From contig CP120463.1 in the NCBI GenBank assembly GCA_034226945.1, forward strand, positions 434,001-498,000: a DNA stretch of 64,000 nucleotides. The letters are read 5' to 3'. Origin of the DNA: Picochlorum sp. SENEW3 (lineage: Eukaryota). The translations under genes were made by a program, and so were the position numbers. Shown one piece after another: positions 46,959-58,297 of the stretch (within the stretch, counting starts at the first letter, position 1; each line of letters opens with the position of its first letter). The notes beneath the pieces were generated by a model, which saw only the letters and a list, made by a program, of their open reading frames with translations, did not search any database and was not told where the DNA came from.

Positions 46959-48911
46959 ATGAAACTTTTTTTTAGAACGCATGGTTTGTTTGATATCCGA
47001 GTCAAACCCGCGTATATATCACCAAAAATACATCACATAGTACCATCTGTTTCCCATGGTGTGGCTCAAGGTCCGAATACAGGGACTTGTATGATTCGGA
47101 GGAGAAGGAGGACCTGTCCCTGGTCGTCGAGAGGTCTCAGGGGGGTGTCGTCATATTCGGATCGTGTGAAAAGGGTTTTGGAGACGCCCGGACTGGAGAA
47201 ACCCGAGGGGATGAGCGCTGAGAAGATGTTTGAGGTTGCTGAAAACTTTTGGAGAGCTATGAGAAGGAAGAAAACGACATCCTCCAGTGCAGTTCCCACA
47301 GTGATATCTCGGGTAGAAGGGGATGCAGAAATGGATGTAGAATATGATGTTTGTGTGTGCGGTGGTACGCTTGGTGTTTTCGTGGCGTGTGTTCTTCAGC
47401 AGCAGGGTATCAAGACGTGCCTTGTGGAGAAGAGAGCTGTGGAGGGACGCACCCAGGAGTGGAACATTAGCAAGAATGACTACTATGTATTAGAAAAGCT
47501 TGGAGTTTTGACCAGAGATGAACTAGAGTCATGTATTGCAACGAAATGGTCGCACGATAGGATTGCATTTCATAATTCTTCAAAGGATATTTGGGTCTCT
47601 GATGCATTGGATTTGGGGATATATCCTCGAGCATTGATTGCTCTGTTGAAAGAGAAGTTTTTGGAACACGGTGGGCATATTTTAGAAAACACAATGTTCA
47701 GGAAGGCAACCGTGTATGATGATTGCGTTGATGTGTCTTTGCATCCAACTGGGGCATCTGCAGAGCATTGGACTGCTGCAGACATGAATCGGCCAGGAGA
47801 ATTCCATGCACATCACGCTCAGCCAAACAATAAAAAACGCCTCACGTGTCGTATAGTAGTTGATTGTATGGGACATTACTCATCAATTGTGAAGCAGATG
47901 CGTCATGGACAGCGTGAGGATGGAATGGTGATTGTTGCAGGGGGGTGCATGTATCCAGGCAATGAGGCCACACAACAACAAACTAGTGCTGACCTTTTAG
48001 TCACCATTGATGACTCGAAAGACGACATGCAGTATTTTTGGGAATCATTTCCAGCTGAAGGAGGGAGCATGCAAACTGTGTACATGTTTGCATACAGCGA
48101 TGCTGACTCGGCTCGGCCTGATTTTGCAGATATTTTTGACACATACCTCACACAGTTGGAAACATACCAAGGCGTGGATCCCGATGCCGTCAGATTCAAA
48201 CGGATTCTTTTGGGAGGGTTCCCTTGTTATGCTACAAATGCACCATTGAAACCTACAGTCGACAGAGTAGTGCAGGTGGGTGATGCAAGTGCTGTCCAAA
48301 ACCCATTGTCATTTGGGGGGTTTGCATCCCTCTGCAGACACTTGCCTCGCGTAACCAGAGGAATTCGGCATGCGATTGAATCCAAAAGGACGACAAAGAA
48401 AGATTTGGCATGGATTACTCCATATCTACCAAACTTGTCAGTTGCATTCCTTTTCCAGAGGGCCATGAGCCTCAAGCCCGGCCAACAGCAGAAACCTCCC
48501 CATGCAGGAGGCATCCCAGCCAATCACATCAACAAGGTCATGAGGTGCAACTTCTCCGTCATGTCATTCTTTGGCCCATCCGTGATGCATCCATTCATAC
48601 AAGATTCATTTCAAGCTGGGCCTCTCGCGCTTGTGATGCTAGGAATGATGTTTAGAGACCCCGTCACCATTGTACGGGTACTCTTCCAGCTTGGACCCCT
48701 CCTCATTCTTCAATGGATGGGTCACTTTGCCTGCCTCATCCTGTATACTGTCTTGCACATCCTGCTCTCTCCCTTTCGAGGATTATTCAAAGGCTATGTA
48801 TTCCAACGCATCTGCGATGCGCTGGAATGGGGATCTGGACTCGACCATGGGAGGGAGGCAGCATCACCACAGGTGATGGCGCATCCCTCCCCATCATTTG
48901 TGCATGCATAA
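46959..48911 (+). CDS. cruP: CruP/CruA-family FAD-dependent oxidoreductase (lycopene cyclase paralog)
   Basis: YDVCVCGGTLG...VEGRTQEWNIS, VDCMGHYSSIVKQ, QYFWESFP, VGDASAVQNPLSFGGF, PYLPNLS. Start may be a downstream Met. Confidence 0.87.
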   Translation: MKLFFRTHGLFDIRVKPAYISPKIHHIVPSVSHGVAQGPNTGTCMIRRRRRTCPWSSRGLRGVSSYSDRVKRVLETPGLEKPEGMSAEKMFEVAENFWRAMRRKKTTSSSAVPTVISRVEGDAEMDVEYDVCVCGGTLGVFVACVLQQQGIKTCLVEKRAVEGRTQEWNISKNDYYVLEKLGVLTRDELESCIATKWSHDRIAFHNSSKDIWVSDALDLGIYPRALIALLKEKFLEHGGHILENTMFRKATVYDDCVDVSLHPTGASAEHWTAADMNRPGEFHAHHAQPNNKKRLTCRIVVDCMGHYSSIVKQMRHGQREDGMVIVAGGCMYPGNEATQQQTSADLLVTIDDSKDDMQYFWESFPAEGGSMQTVYMFAYSDADSARPDFADIFDTYLTQLETYQGVDPDAVRFKRILLGGFPCYATNAPLKPTVDRVVQVGDASAVQNPLSFGGFASLCRHLPRVTRGIRHAIESKRTTKKDLAWITPYLPNLSVAFLFQRAMSLKPGQQQKPPHAGGIPANHINKVMRCNFSVMSFFGPSVMHPFIQDSFQAGPLALVMLGMMFRDPVTIVRVLFQLGPLLILQWMGHFACLILYTVLHILLSPFRGLFKGYVFQRICDALEWGSGLDHGREAASPQVMAHPSPSFVHA

Positions 48912-49203
48912 TTGTGCTTTATATTGCATTGACATCACATGTATTCTTTTTATTCACACTTTAACAATTTTTATGACAGAATAACCCTTCATCCTGGAAA
49001 CGTCAATGTACGCATGATGATACTACTAATTAATAAGAAGAAGAATTTAAAAGCTGGCCATCACTGTTTTTGGGGAGGGGGGATGCATCTGGTCATCCAC
49101 CGCATTGACAAAGCACTGTACATTGCATTTTACACCTCATCCGATATCAAAGAGTCGTTAATAATAAACAAAGAATGCGTAGACATGAAGGATTGCTCTT
49201 CAT

Positions 49204-50893
49204 ATGACGTATACTGAGCAAGAGGACATTATGGGTCATCGGGGGTCACCTGAACAAGAACACAGCGGTGATGGCGATGCGCCATCTCTTGATACAGAAA
49301 AACATATAAATAATGGATCTATGGCACCTGATGATCCATATCTGCAGCACAGGAGGTTGACTGATTTCCGAGAGCCTTACAGGTGAGTCTGTGGAACTTG
49401 ACAAAAGAAAAAAAAAATGTGATTTCTTCGTATACCCAACGGCATGAACTGATTGGTTGGTGAATCCATGAATGAGTGCAGGATTCCTCACAAGTATATA
49501 GCCAGGTGCAAGGGGATGACTGTGGAGAAAGACCTTGCAGAGACCCCATTGATTGCTTTTGTGAATGCTCGATCTGGTGGGAGAGCGGGTGCCATGATTG
49601 CTAGGGTTCTTCAAAGGGCTATAGGTCACACACAAGTGGTCCGTTGAATATGTATATATATATGTATTCATGTAGTAGTCGTATGATGATGATGTATGGG
49701 ATCAACAACAGCTCAATGCGCCTGTGGTGTTTCTTCTTCTGTTGCAGTTTGATGTCACAGAAAACAGGCCAGATGTGGTCTTACGAGAGCTGTGGGATAC
49801 GTTGGAACGATATGCAGAGCAAAACGATGCTGACGCATCGTATATTAAACGTCATCTGAGGATTCTTGTGGCAGGGGGAGATGGCACAGTGACATGGGTC
49901 TTGGGCACGATTGCAACTCTAGGGCTCACTCCATGTCCACCAGTGGCAATCATGCCACTCGGCACAGGAAACGATCTGAGTATCAACCTTGGATGGGGTA
50001 ATAAGTTTAAAGAATCATGGATCAAGTATTCAAACATCTATGACACACTTTTACAGTACAAGGATGCAGATCGGCAGTCAGTTGACTATTGGAGCATGTA
50101 CGCCACAGCTCCTGATGGGTCATACTACGACACTGTGCCGCATGCCGTTCAACGCGATCCAGACAACCCATCAGCAATCAAAACAAATTTCTGGAACTAT
50201 TTCAGCGTAGGGTTGGATGCCGAAGCAGCATATGACTTTCATACATTACGAGAACAGCATCCCAGCATGGCACGTTCTAGAATGATGAACCAGGCGTGGT
50301 ATTCAGTCTTTACATGCAGTACAGGATGGTTTTGTGGAGTAAAGCCACTCCACAAGTTTGCATCATTACGCATAAAAAAGACGGCATCAAGCGATTGGAC
50401 AGAGGTTCCTGTACCATCCTCTGTCAGAGCGCTCGTTGCCCTCAATGTGTTAACCTATGGAGGAGGCAGAGATATTTGGGGCCTTGATAACGAGAAACAC
50501 TTGGCCAAAAAGGATTTGCAACCACCATTCTACAACGACGGACTGATAGAAATTGTAGGGTTCAAAGATGGATGGCACACAGCAATGGTGATGGGTGAAG
50601 TGAATTCATCAGCCCTACATGCCAAAAGAATTGCCCAATGCAATGCTGTAGAAATCACACTGAGCGTCCCCGCTCGCCACGAATCGATGAAAAAGTATCT
50701 ATACATGCAGATGGATGGCGAACCTTGGAAGCAGCGAGTACCAGGTCGCACCCCATTCTCCTCCTCTTCTTCTGAGCAGCAGCAGCAGTTTACAGTCGTG
50801 ATTGAGCACGGAGGCACCTCATCCATGCTGATCAACAGGAAACACGCGATTGGTGGTGCTAAAGTACAATCCCTGGTACACCGCACCCATTAA
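49204..50893 (+). CDS. DGK: diacylglycerol kinase (plant type without C1 domains); 3 exons
   Basis: PLIAFVNARSGG, QV|FDV, ILVAGGDGTVTWVL, MPLGTGNDLS, NYFSVGLDA, QMDGEPW. Introns ~49383-49481 and 49639-49747. Confidence 0.92.
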
Positions 50894-50934
50894 GTCTGTT
50901 TCATATATCAATTCAATATTATTTAAAACCGAAT

Positions 50935-51890
50935 ATGATGCTGAGAAGATCAGCGCAGACCCTGCTGCCCCGATTCGGTGGCCAACTCGCTGCGGGATTC
51001 CAGTCCGGCTCTTTCGGAGAAGCCATCTCCTCAATCTACAGAGAGGAAGACGCAACAAAGTGTAATTCATTCAGTCGAGTTGATCTGGGCAAGAGATGTA
51101 CGTGTTGTGGGAAGGGTTGATACGGGTGGTGGTGGAATTCCCTCGATGTCTTCCTCTCTCCCATCCTTTCAGGATATTTCCATTTTCCTTGCTTTATATC
51201 TAAACTATCTTATTATTGCTTTAAATCTATGCAGCCTTTGCGTCGGATGCAGTCTCCAATACCTCGGAAGGCAGTGTGACCCTCGGAAATGTTGATGGCC
51301 TCACACCGACGGTGCATGCTATCAAGAATCCAACCCCTAATATCGTATATGATTCATCCAATCATGACAGATTTGCACCAGGGGACACCAGCAAGAGGGC
51401 GTTCACATATTTCGTCCTGACAGGAGGGCGTTTCATCTACGCCTCAGCCATTCGCTTGGCAGTCCTCAAATTCATCCTCAGTATGACGGCAAGTAAAGAT
51501 GTGTTGGCTCTTGCCAACTTGGAGGTGGATCTGAGCAACATTGAGGCAGGGCAGACCGTGACTGTGAAGTGGAGAGGAAAGCCTGTGTTTATTAGGCATA
51601 GGACAGATGAGGATATTCAGCTTGCCAATGACGTGGACGTGTCATCTCTGAGAGATCCGGAAGCTGATGAGGTTCGTGTCAAAGATAAAGATTGGCTTAT
51701 TGTGTTGGGTGTGTGTACGCATTTGGGTTGTGTGCCATTGCCAAACGCAGGAGATTATCATGGATGGTTCTGCCCATGCCATGGATCTCACTATGATACA
51801 TCTGGCCGTATCAGAAAAGGACCGGCTCCATATAACCTCGAAGTCCCAGCCTATTCCTTTATGGAGGATGGAAAGGTTTTGATTGGGTAA
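50935..51890 (+). CDS. RIP1: mitochondrial cytochrome bc1 Rieske iron-sulfur protein; intron ~51098-51234
   Basis: Presequence [51 protein letters not shown] and CPCHGSHYD. Confidence 0.96.
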
Positions 51891-52222
51891 TTGGACGCCT
51901 CTTTTGCTGGCACAAGGTTTGTGTGTATTGTTTTTTCTCTTCTTCTTCCTCTTCTTCTCGAGTAGTAGTAGTAGTAGTGTGTATCATGTAATACACAGTC
52001 TAGGTCTCATAATTTTTTTTCCTTTGAACCACACACGGTCTCTCTCTCTCTCTTGATGCACCATATATATATGGCATCATCATCAGTAGATGATTGCTAT
52101 ATTAGAGGATTCTACCTCCTGATTGATGAGATTAGATTACCAGTACATTGTACATAGATAGATACTCGCATCCATTCATGAACCATAGTATTTTTAATGT
52201 AATAATACGACGAATGTAGGGG

Positions 52223-53292
52223 ATGTATGGTATAAAACTAGGCGGTAGTGCGAGTCACAGCTCGATTCTTCTACCAGCAAAATGTGCTCGGACACATGCA
52301 GTGGCTGAAAACAATAATAATGTCACCGGTAGGTTACAAATACATCTGATTCATGACCCTTGATATGTATTTAATATATATCATTGTTAATACAATCAAT
52401 ATATGTTACAGCTGGTGTAGACAGTGGTCGGGTGCAACCTTGGAGGACTGTTCTCGAAACTGACCCAAACCTTGGTCCTCCAGTTGTAGCTCTTGGCAAG
52501 TTTGATGCTCTGCATCGGGGGCATCAGAAGCTGGCGATTACAGCAGTGCATTTAGGGGGTACTCCACACCTTGTATCGTTTGATGGGATGGCAGAGGTGT
52601 TTGGGTGGGAGCCTCGGCTTCCTCTGGTTGCTCCATGTGATAGGCGGAGGGTTTTATCGAGCTGGAGGCGGGTGTGTCTCAGTGCGGTGCCTCGAGAGCA
52701 TCGCATTCCGTTTCGGGATGTTCGAAATATGGTACCCGAGGAGTTTGTGGAGCTTTTAGCGCGTGACTTGGGGGCAAAGGGTGTGGTGGTTGGATCCAAT
52801 TATAGGTTTGGGTACAAGGCTGCTGGGACTGCAGAGACGCTTAAATCTCTTGGGAGTGCGTACGGAATGAAAGTAGAGATTGTAAATCTAGTAGAAGAGT
52901 CTGAGTTTTCGGTAGAGCATGGACTGGGAGATATTGTGTCATCGACAAAGATTCGTAAAGGTCTTGGGTCTGGGGATGTTGGTTTGGTGGAGCAGTGCCT
53001 TGGGCGGCCATATAGGCTGGTTGCACGACTGGGTGTAGAGGATCTACGGACACACGGGGTCATACCGTATACGAATTTTTTGAATCAGTATCCTACCGCG
53101 GGTCGGTATGATGGTGTGTCTGTGTTCGTGGCAGAGTCCTGTCCAGAAGAGTATAGTTTTGAGGAGAAAGACATCCCCAAGGGGCAGACAAGCAGTGTTG
53201 TGTTTGATACTGAGCGGGGTGCTGTGGTGGAGAATATCCACATTCCCGATGGGCTACATGGTGATGTACATTGTATTATTGACTTTGTTTGA
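52223..53292 (+). CDS. FAD synthetase (RibF N-terminal adenylyltransferase, plant organellar type); intron ~52329-52411
   Basis: VALGKFDALHRGHQ, VVVGSNYRFGYKAAG, VSSTKIR, LGRPYRL; no recognisable riboflavin-kinase motif in the C-terminus. Confidence 0.88.
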
Positions 53293-53296
53293 GTTG

Positions 53297-55504
53297 TTAC
53301 GAATTTAAACCTGCTACAAAATGCCGCAACTCTTGCTCATACGGTGAGGTTTCCAGAGTGGCCGTGCTCTTTCCACCATACTTTATTGGCAACTCGTCCT
53401 CTGTCATCCATTCCAACATGGCAGCTTTCGCCTTGTCCTTATTCTTCTTGTTGAATACTTGCATTTGAGCTCGGACCTTTTCCGGAATCATGGGGCTGAT
53501 CAACCTCCATGCCATGGACCACCATGTTGGAGCATTGACCAAAAAGCATTGATGCATTCGTTGAGGAAAGAGGACTGCAAGCGCTCCAGCTATCTGGGTG
53601 ATGAATTTGAAAGATGGCGTATTCAAATGAGACATTTGAAGCCCTTCAACATCCATAATCTTGACAGTTTTCCCTTTTGGCCATTTCCTACTGTCCAAAT
53701 GACGGAATGCAAAAATATAGGAAAAAAGCAGGTGTTTCAGCATATCATCTTCTCCAAAACCATCCGCAACAATACATTTATATGCATCTGCCCACTTCCC
53801 CATAGCCTCGAATTCAATCAAGCAATCGCTTTTCGAACACCATCCCAGAAATCCGTGTGGGTAATGTTGCTTGAGGCTATCGAATGCAGGCTGTCGAGAG
53901 GAAAGTGCATCCTGCAACTTGTGCTTCACAAAGTAATCCACCATCTTTGTCAGCCCTGTATACGCTTTTGAATCAGATTCAAGACCAATGATGAACCTTT
54001 GTGCAATATCATGCGTCACAATATTCGGGTGTTTTCCAATGAGGTATTCAAAAGGAGGAGACAGCACAGACACGGGGCTGGAAGGAATAGCATCTGCAAC
54101 TGACGATGTACTCAGCATTCTGGGTACTCCAACACTTTTCGTCGGTTCTAATGTAATTTCTATCTCATACACAATCATGTTCCAAGCATAGACTGGCACA
54201 CGTGAGCTCTTGTGTGGTGCATGCTCCTTCTTCGCATGTCGCAACTTTCTTGCCAAGGACAGCCCCACTAAACCAACCAGAAGAGGATCTGAGACTCCAG
54301 CCGTTTTTTTCCTAGCAATGCGTGTGACTGGTTTCTTTGCTGAGCGTTCTGGGGCTACGACTCCCTGCTGATGCTCATGCTTGCCATCCTCTCCCCCCAC
54401 CCTCATCCGTTCCACCTGCTTGAGAGACCTCTCCGCCTTCCAAAGAACAACCACTTTCCACGCATACCCATCCGGAACATCCAAATCATGCTGAATCGTA
54501 CACACCGTCTCAATAGGTACCTCACCTTCCTCAAACGACTTCTCCAGTTCCATCAGCGACACGTTGGCCACAGCTGTTCCAACAGGAGTCTGTAAATACA
54601 TGACGATGCATGTCTGAAGGAATGCATCCGACTCTTTATCAGCAATTGCACGACCTATATTCAGTGGAAAACATATCGACTGGCCGAGCGCCGGGAATGG
54701 CAGACAAAATTGATTCTCATTCGTTGCCCTCTCCCCTGCTGTCACCATGATCACACTGCTGGTATCAATAAGAGGCAAATTCCTGCTCACATAATGCATT
54801 GCCGACTCAAAAACATCAATGGCACACTCGATAGAATCTTTAAACCCACACACATCTTCCATCCCTCCACTAAACCGTATCAAAAAATGATCAGCCTCTG
54901 GATACTTTGACAAAATCTCTCGCTTCTGAGGAGAATGACCAGAAAGGGATTTCAAAATGCTCTTAATCCCATGATCAGCTATCCATCGTTTATGAGGCTT
55001 GTTTGGCTGGTAAAACACATACATGTTATGACCATCCACGTGCAATCCAAGAATCTGATTCAGTGAAACCCCCAAGTGAAACTCCTGCCCTTCCAGCAAG
55101 TCATCCATTGCCTCTTCATCATCACTTCCACCAGACACATGCTGATCCAAGCTAGTACTACTATCCCATGATGATGCCATGCTCTTTTTATGCATCGATG
55201 AATCCACAACAGACCGTGAATGAGACATCCTCAGCGATCGAAATCGACCAAGACCACTCCCAGACTCATGCAGCCCATCCAACTCATCAGAATACGAATC
55301 ATCCGCAACAGTGTATAAAACAAGCGTATCGGCTGTCAATATCATTACATGAGGCCTCTTCTTCTTACTCACCCGTGGCCTTGACGTTCTGCCATACGAC
55401 AAGAGTCGTACCACAGAGGAACTAATAATAATACTCTGCTGTCCATTGTCAGATTCCCTGCTACTCACACTGGCATGTCTTTTATAATCCTCTTCAACAG
55501 ACAT
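53297..55504 (-). CDS. CRAL-TRIO (Sec14-like) domain protein with long N-terminal extension
   Basis: C-terminal KQHYPHGFLG...VKIMDVEGL...FPQRMHQCFLVNAPTWWSMAWRLISPMI...ELPIKYGG. Confidence 0.85.
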   Translation of the reverse strand: MSVEEDYKRHASVSSRESDNGQQSIIISSSVVRLLSYGRTSRPRVSKKKRPHVMILTADTLVLYTVADDSYSDELDGLHESGSGLGRFRSLRMSHSRSVVDSSMHKKSMASSWDSSTSLDQHVSGGSDDEEAMDDLLEGQEFHLGVSLNQILGLHVDGHNMYVFYQPNKPHKRWIADHGIKSILKSLSGHSPQKREILSKYPEADHFLIRFSGGMEDVCGFKDSIECAIDVFESAMHYVSRNLPLIDTSSVIMVTAGERATNENQFCLPFPALGQSICFPLNIGRAIADKESDAFLQTCIVMYLQTPVGTAVANVSLMELEKSFEEGEVPIETVCTIQHDLDVPDGYAWKVVVLWKAERSLKQVERMRVGGEDGKHEHQQGVVAPERSAKKPVTRIARKKTAGVSDPLLVGLVGLSLARKLRHAKKEHAPHKSSRVPVYAWNMIVYEIEITLEPTKSVGVPRMLSTSSVADAIPSSPVSVLSPPFEYLIGKHPNIVTHDIAQRFIIGLESDSKAYTGLTKMVDYFVKHKLQDALSSRQPAFDSLKQHYPHGFLGWCSKSDCLIEFEAMGKWADAYKCIVADGFGEDDMLKHLLFSYIFAFRHLDSRKWPKGKTVKIMDVEGLQMSHLNTPSFKFITQIAGALAVLFPQRMHQCFLVNAPTWWSMAWRLISPMIPEKVRAQMQVFNKKNKDKAKAAMLEWMTEDELPIKYGGKSTATLETSPYEQELRHFVAGLNS

Positions 55505-56229
55505 CTTGGTGTATCTCCTGTCGACAACTATCTGAACAATATCCGCGATATCAAAGAGTCACGTGTTTCTCCTTCTCTTTTGGTTTTCCAACAACCCAAC
55601 AGAATAAAAACGACTACTATGGAGAAGAATTCATATTCTGCAGATGAATTCGCATAATCAGAGGAAATTCATCTGCAACTGCAGACTGGGCCTTGCGTGG
55701 GAAAACCATGTTATCAATCGACACTCCAATGTTCACTGCAGCTTCCGCTTCCAGATGGGTGTGTCGTACAATCACCACGAGAATACCACCATTGCCCATC
55801 CAAACTAGCAGTAGTAGTACTCTTGGGGTCAATGAAGTCAATGTATCCATCAGATGCAGTGCATGCTGGTTCTGTGCGAGAGTCCCCACGAGTGCGTTGG
55901 TGTCTTGTGTCTGAAGAAGAATGATGGGAGAATGTGTGAATTAAAGATACATGTACGGTCTGATGCGTGGTGTGATGGGAGTCTTCGACGCATGGTCGAT
56001 TGACACTCTGGCGTGTCTACACATGATTCCGGGTGGACTAGCACTGGCATTGTACATATAAGTGGTATTGGGTATTCAGTGCGCCTATGTGTATGAGAGA
56101 ATCGGTCGGTGGGTCGAGTGAACCTAATTGCAACGCATGTGAGGTGTAAGGGTTGAGCAATGACGTATTCGACAGCCTTGGTCTCGAAGCTTAGTATATC
56201 CATGTCATGAAGACATATATGTATTAATA

Positions 56230-57429
56230 ATGAGCGAGTCTGTGGCAGAAAGGTTTTGGGTAGGGAGTCCCGCGGTGCTCTTAGCACTGTGTTGTCTCTT
56301 TTCTCCCGTCTCGGGGACAATACTGCTCCGGACGGGGAATTATAGCTTTCAGCCGGTACAAGATGTGAATGCTCAGTTTGGGCCTGCGGTGTCTCCTCAA
56401 GGGATGTCTGGGAATGTGTTCATGGTCTATCCTGAAGATGGTTGTTCTCCAGTGAGGCCAGTTGACAAACAGCGTCATATGGGGACGGATGGTCTTCCTT
56501 GGATTGCTCTGATTCGACGGAGTCACTCATCGATACATGCAGCGGACGAGCCATGTACGTTTGATGTCAAGGTATCCCATGCAGAGGCTGCGGGAGCATC
56601 GGCTGCGATTATCTATGATGATTTATATGAAGGTTTGCTAATCATGTCCAAGCCGTTAGGGAATCCAGATCCAGGGATTCCATCAGTATTTATTGATAAA
56701 AATAGTGGGTACTTGTTCAAGACGCTGCTGCAGGCTGGGAGTCTGGTGCAGGTGATTATTACTCCTGTATCTGATATTGTATGGATATCCATGTTTATGT
56801 CTGCAACAGCCGGGTTCTTTGCGATTGCTCTGGTGATTGCAGCGTTTTGTTTGGTGAAATTTAACACATCTCATCCATTTCAAGATGGTGAAGATGATGA
56901 GTTTCACGATGTGTATCGACGAGACGGGCGGGTGCAGCCATTGTCACGGCGCCAATTGCAGTCGTTACAGGTGGTTGTCTATAGCATAGGGAATGGCGAT
57001 GGTGTGTTGGATGGGGACGCTGAAGGTGTATTAGAGTCTGATGATGATAACTCGCACGTGTGTGCCATCTGTCTGGAAGAGTATGCGGCTGGTGAAAAGT
57101 TGAGGGTGCTGCCATGTCAGCACCGTTTCCATAAAGGGTGTGTGGATGCATGGCTCATAGAACAGAGTTCGTGCTGTCCATTGTGCAAGCGAGAGGCTGT
57201 GTCTGATACAGGACGACATTCTATGATGGCGCGTGTATTTGATAGCGTGCATCATGCGGTATCAAACGCGTCGAGATCGCTCAGGGATAGAATACACATG
57301 CTCCGTGCAACTAGCAGGCAGCGAGCTCAAGGTGATGGCGATGATGCCGCGAGTAGAGAAGAACCCCGCGAGGCAGAAATGGGTAGACTCATCCCAACAC
57401 ATAGTGTACAAGTCGTTGTTGATACCTGA
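56230..57429 (+). CDS. RMR-type PA-TM-RING-H2 protein (vacuolar sorting receptor / RNF13-like)
   Basis: Signal peptide, AQFGP, PA domain ([34 protein letters not shown]), [10 protein letters not shown]...[20 protein letters not shown]. Confidence 0.92.
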   Translation: MSESVAERFWVGSPAVLLALCCLFSPVSGTILLRTGNYSFQPVQDVNAQFGPAVSPQGMSGNVFMVYPEDGCSPVRPVDKQRHMGTDGLPWIALIRRSHSSIHAADEPCTFDVKVSHAEAAGASAAIIYDDLYEGLLIMSKPLGNPDPGIPSVFIDKNSGYLFKTLLQAGSLVQVIITPVSDIVWISMFMSATAGFFAIALVIAAFCLVKFNTSHPFQDGEDDEFHDVYRRDGRVQPLSRRQLQSLQVVVYSIGNGDGVLDGDAEGVLESDDDNSHVCAICLEEYAAGEKLRVLPCQHRFHKGCVDAWLIEQSSCCPLCKREAVSDTGRHSMMARVFDSVHHAVSNASRSLRDRIHMLRATSRQRAQGDGDDAASREEPREAEMGRLIPTHSVQVVVDT

Positions 57430-57491
57430 GAGCGTGAAAACCATGTACAATATCATGATAAATATAGTACTGTAATGAAATAGAGGCATGA

Positions 57492-58031
57492 TCAGCTTGT
57501 TGCCGCTGTCAGAACACTTGATTTTGATGTCGACCGAGACAGAGAGCTTTCGCGAGACAGATCCTTCTTCAACGCCTGCTGCGCATTCTGAATGTCTCGT
57601 ACCTGATGCATGGTCAAGGAGACGCCCTTTGGCAGCACGAGTACATCCCCATCATCGGCAGAGCACTCTTGTTCCCATCCCAGGTGGACCATGACATCCA
57701 AGGCGTTGGGCACCTTCACCAGATGCGTCTGTATTTTTGGATTCTGAAGCTTTACCTTTCGAAATTTCTCTTCCTGAGGACTGACAATAGCGTTATAGCA
57801 CAGTTTTTCTATGATTTGAAGACTATCAAGACTGGACACCTGGCTCAAACACGCTTGCAGCGGTGTCGCCTTGTCCTTAATCTGATTCGTTGTACTAAAG
57901 TACCCTGCAACATATTATTATAGTTCAAAGGATACATGATGGTCGCTGAAACGACAGAAGAGGAAGAAGACAGAAAGAAGCCACGAACAACCACAACCAC
58001 CAGGTCAATGGTCCGTACCCGCGTATCCCAT
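57492..58031 (-). CDS. small PUB-domain protein; exons 58031-58019 and 57904-57492
   Basis: KLCYNAIVSPQEEKFRKVKLQNPKIQ...ALDVMVHLGW matches the PUB (p97-binding) pattern; ATG GGA TAC GCG G|GTACGG..TGCAG keeps frame. Confidence 0.8.
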
Positions 58032-58297
58032 CGTACTACTGTCCTCGTTCACCAGCCCTAGTGATTTTAATAAAGCAATCTAATGAACATGGCTGTATTA
58101 CCAGCCATTCCTGGACTTTGTTACCCTACGATTCACAAGACTCCCTAATAAGGGTATTAGGGAGCTCGATCGAAAAAGTCCACCGACTGCCCCCCTCTAC
58201 TCGGCACTCCTTGTCGCAGGACGAGTACAGGTATCGACGACGCCATCTTGCTGCTGCTTAAACTATATTTATACGATAGTGCACTAGCTTGAGATCG

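Noticed and set aside
55617..56320. Several short ORFs between CRAL-TRIO and RMR
   Set aside because: No motifs and mutually overlapping; probably UTR or promoter sequence.
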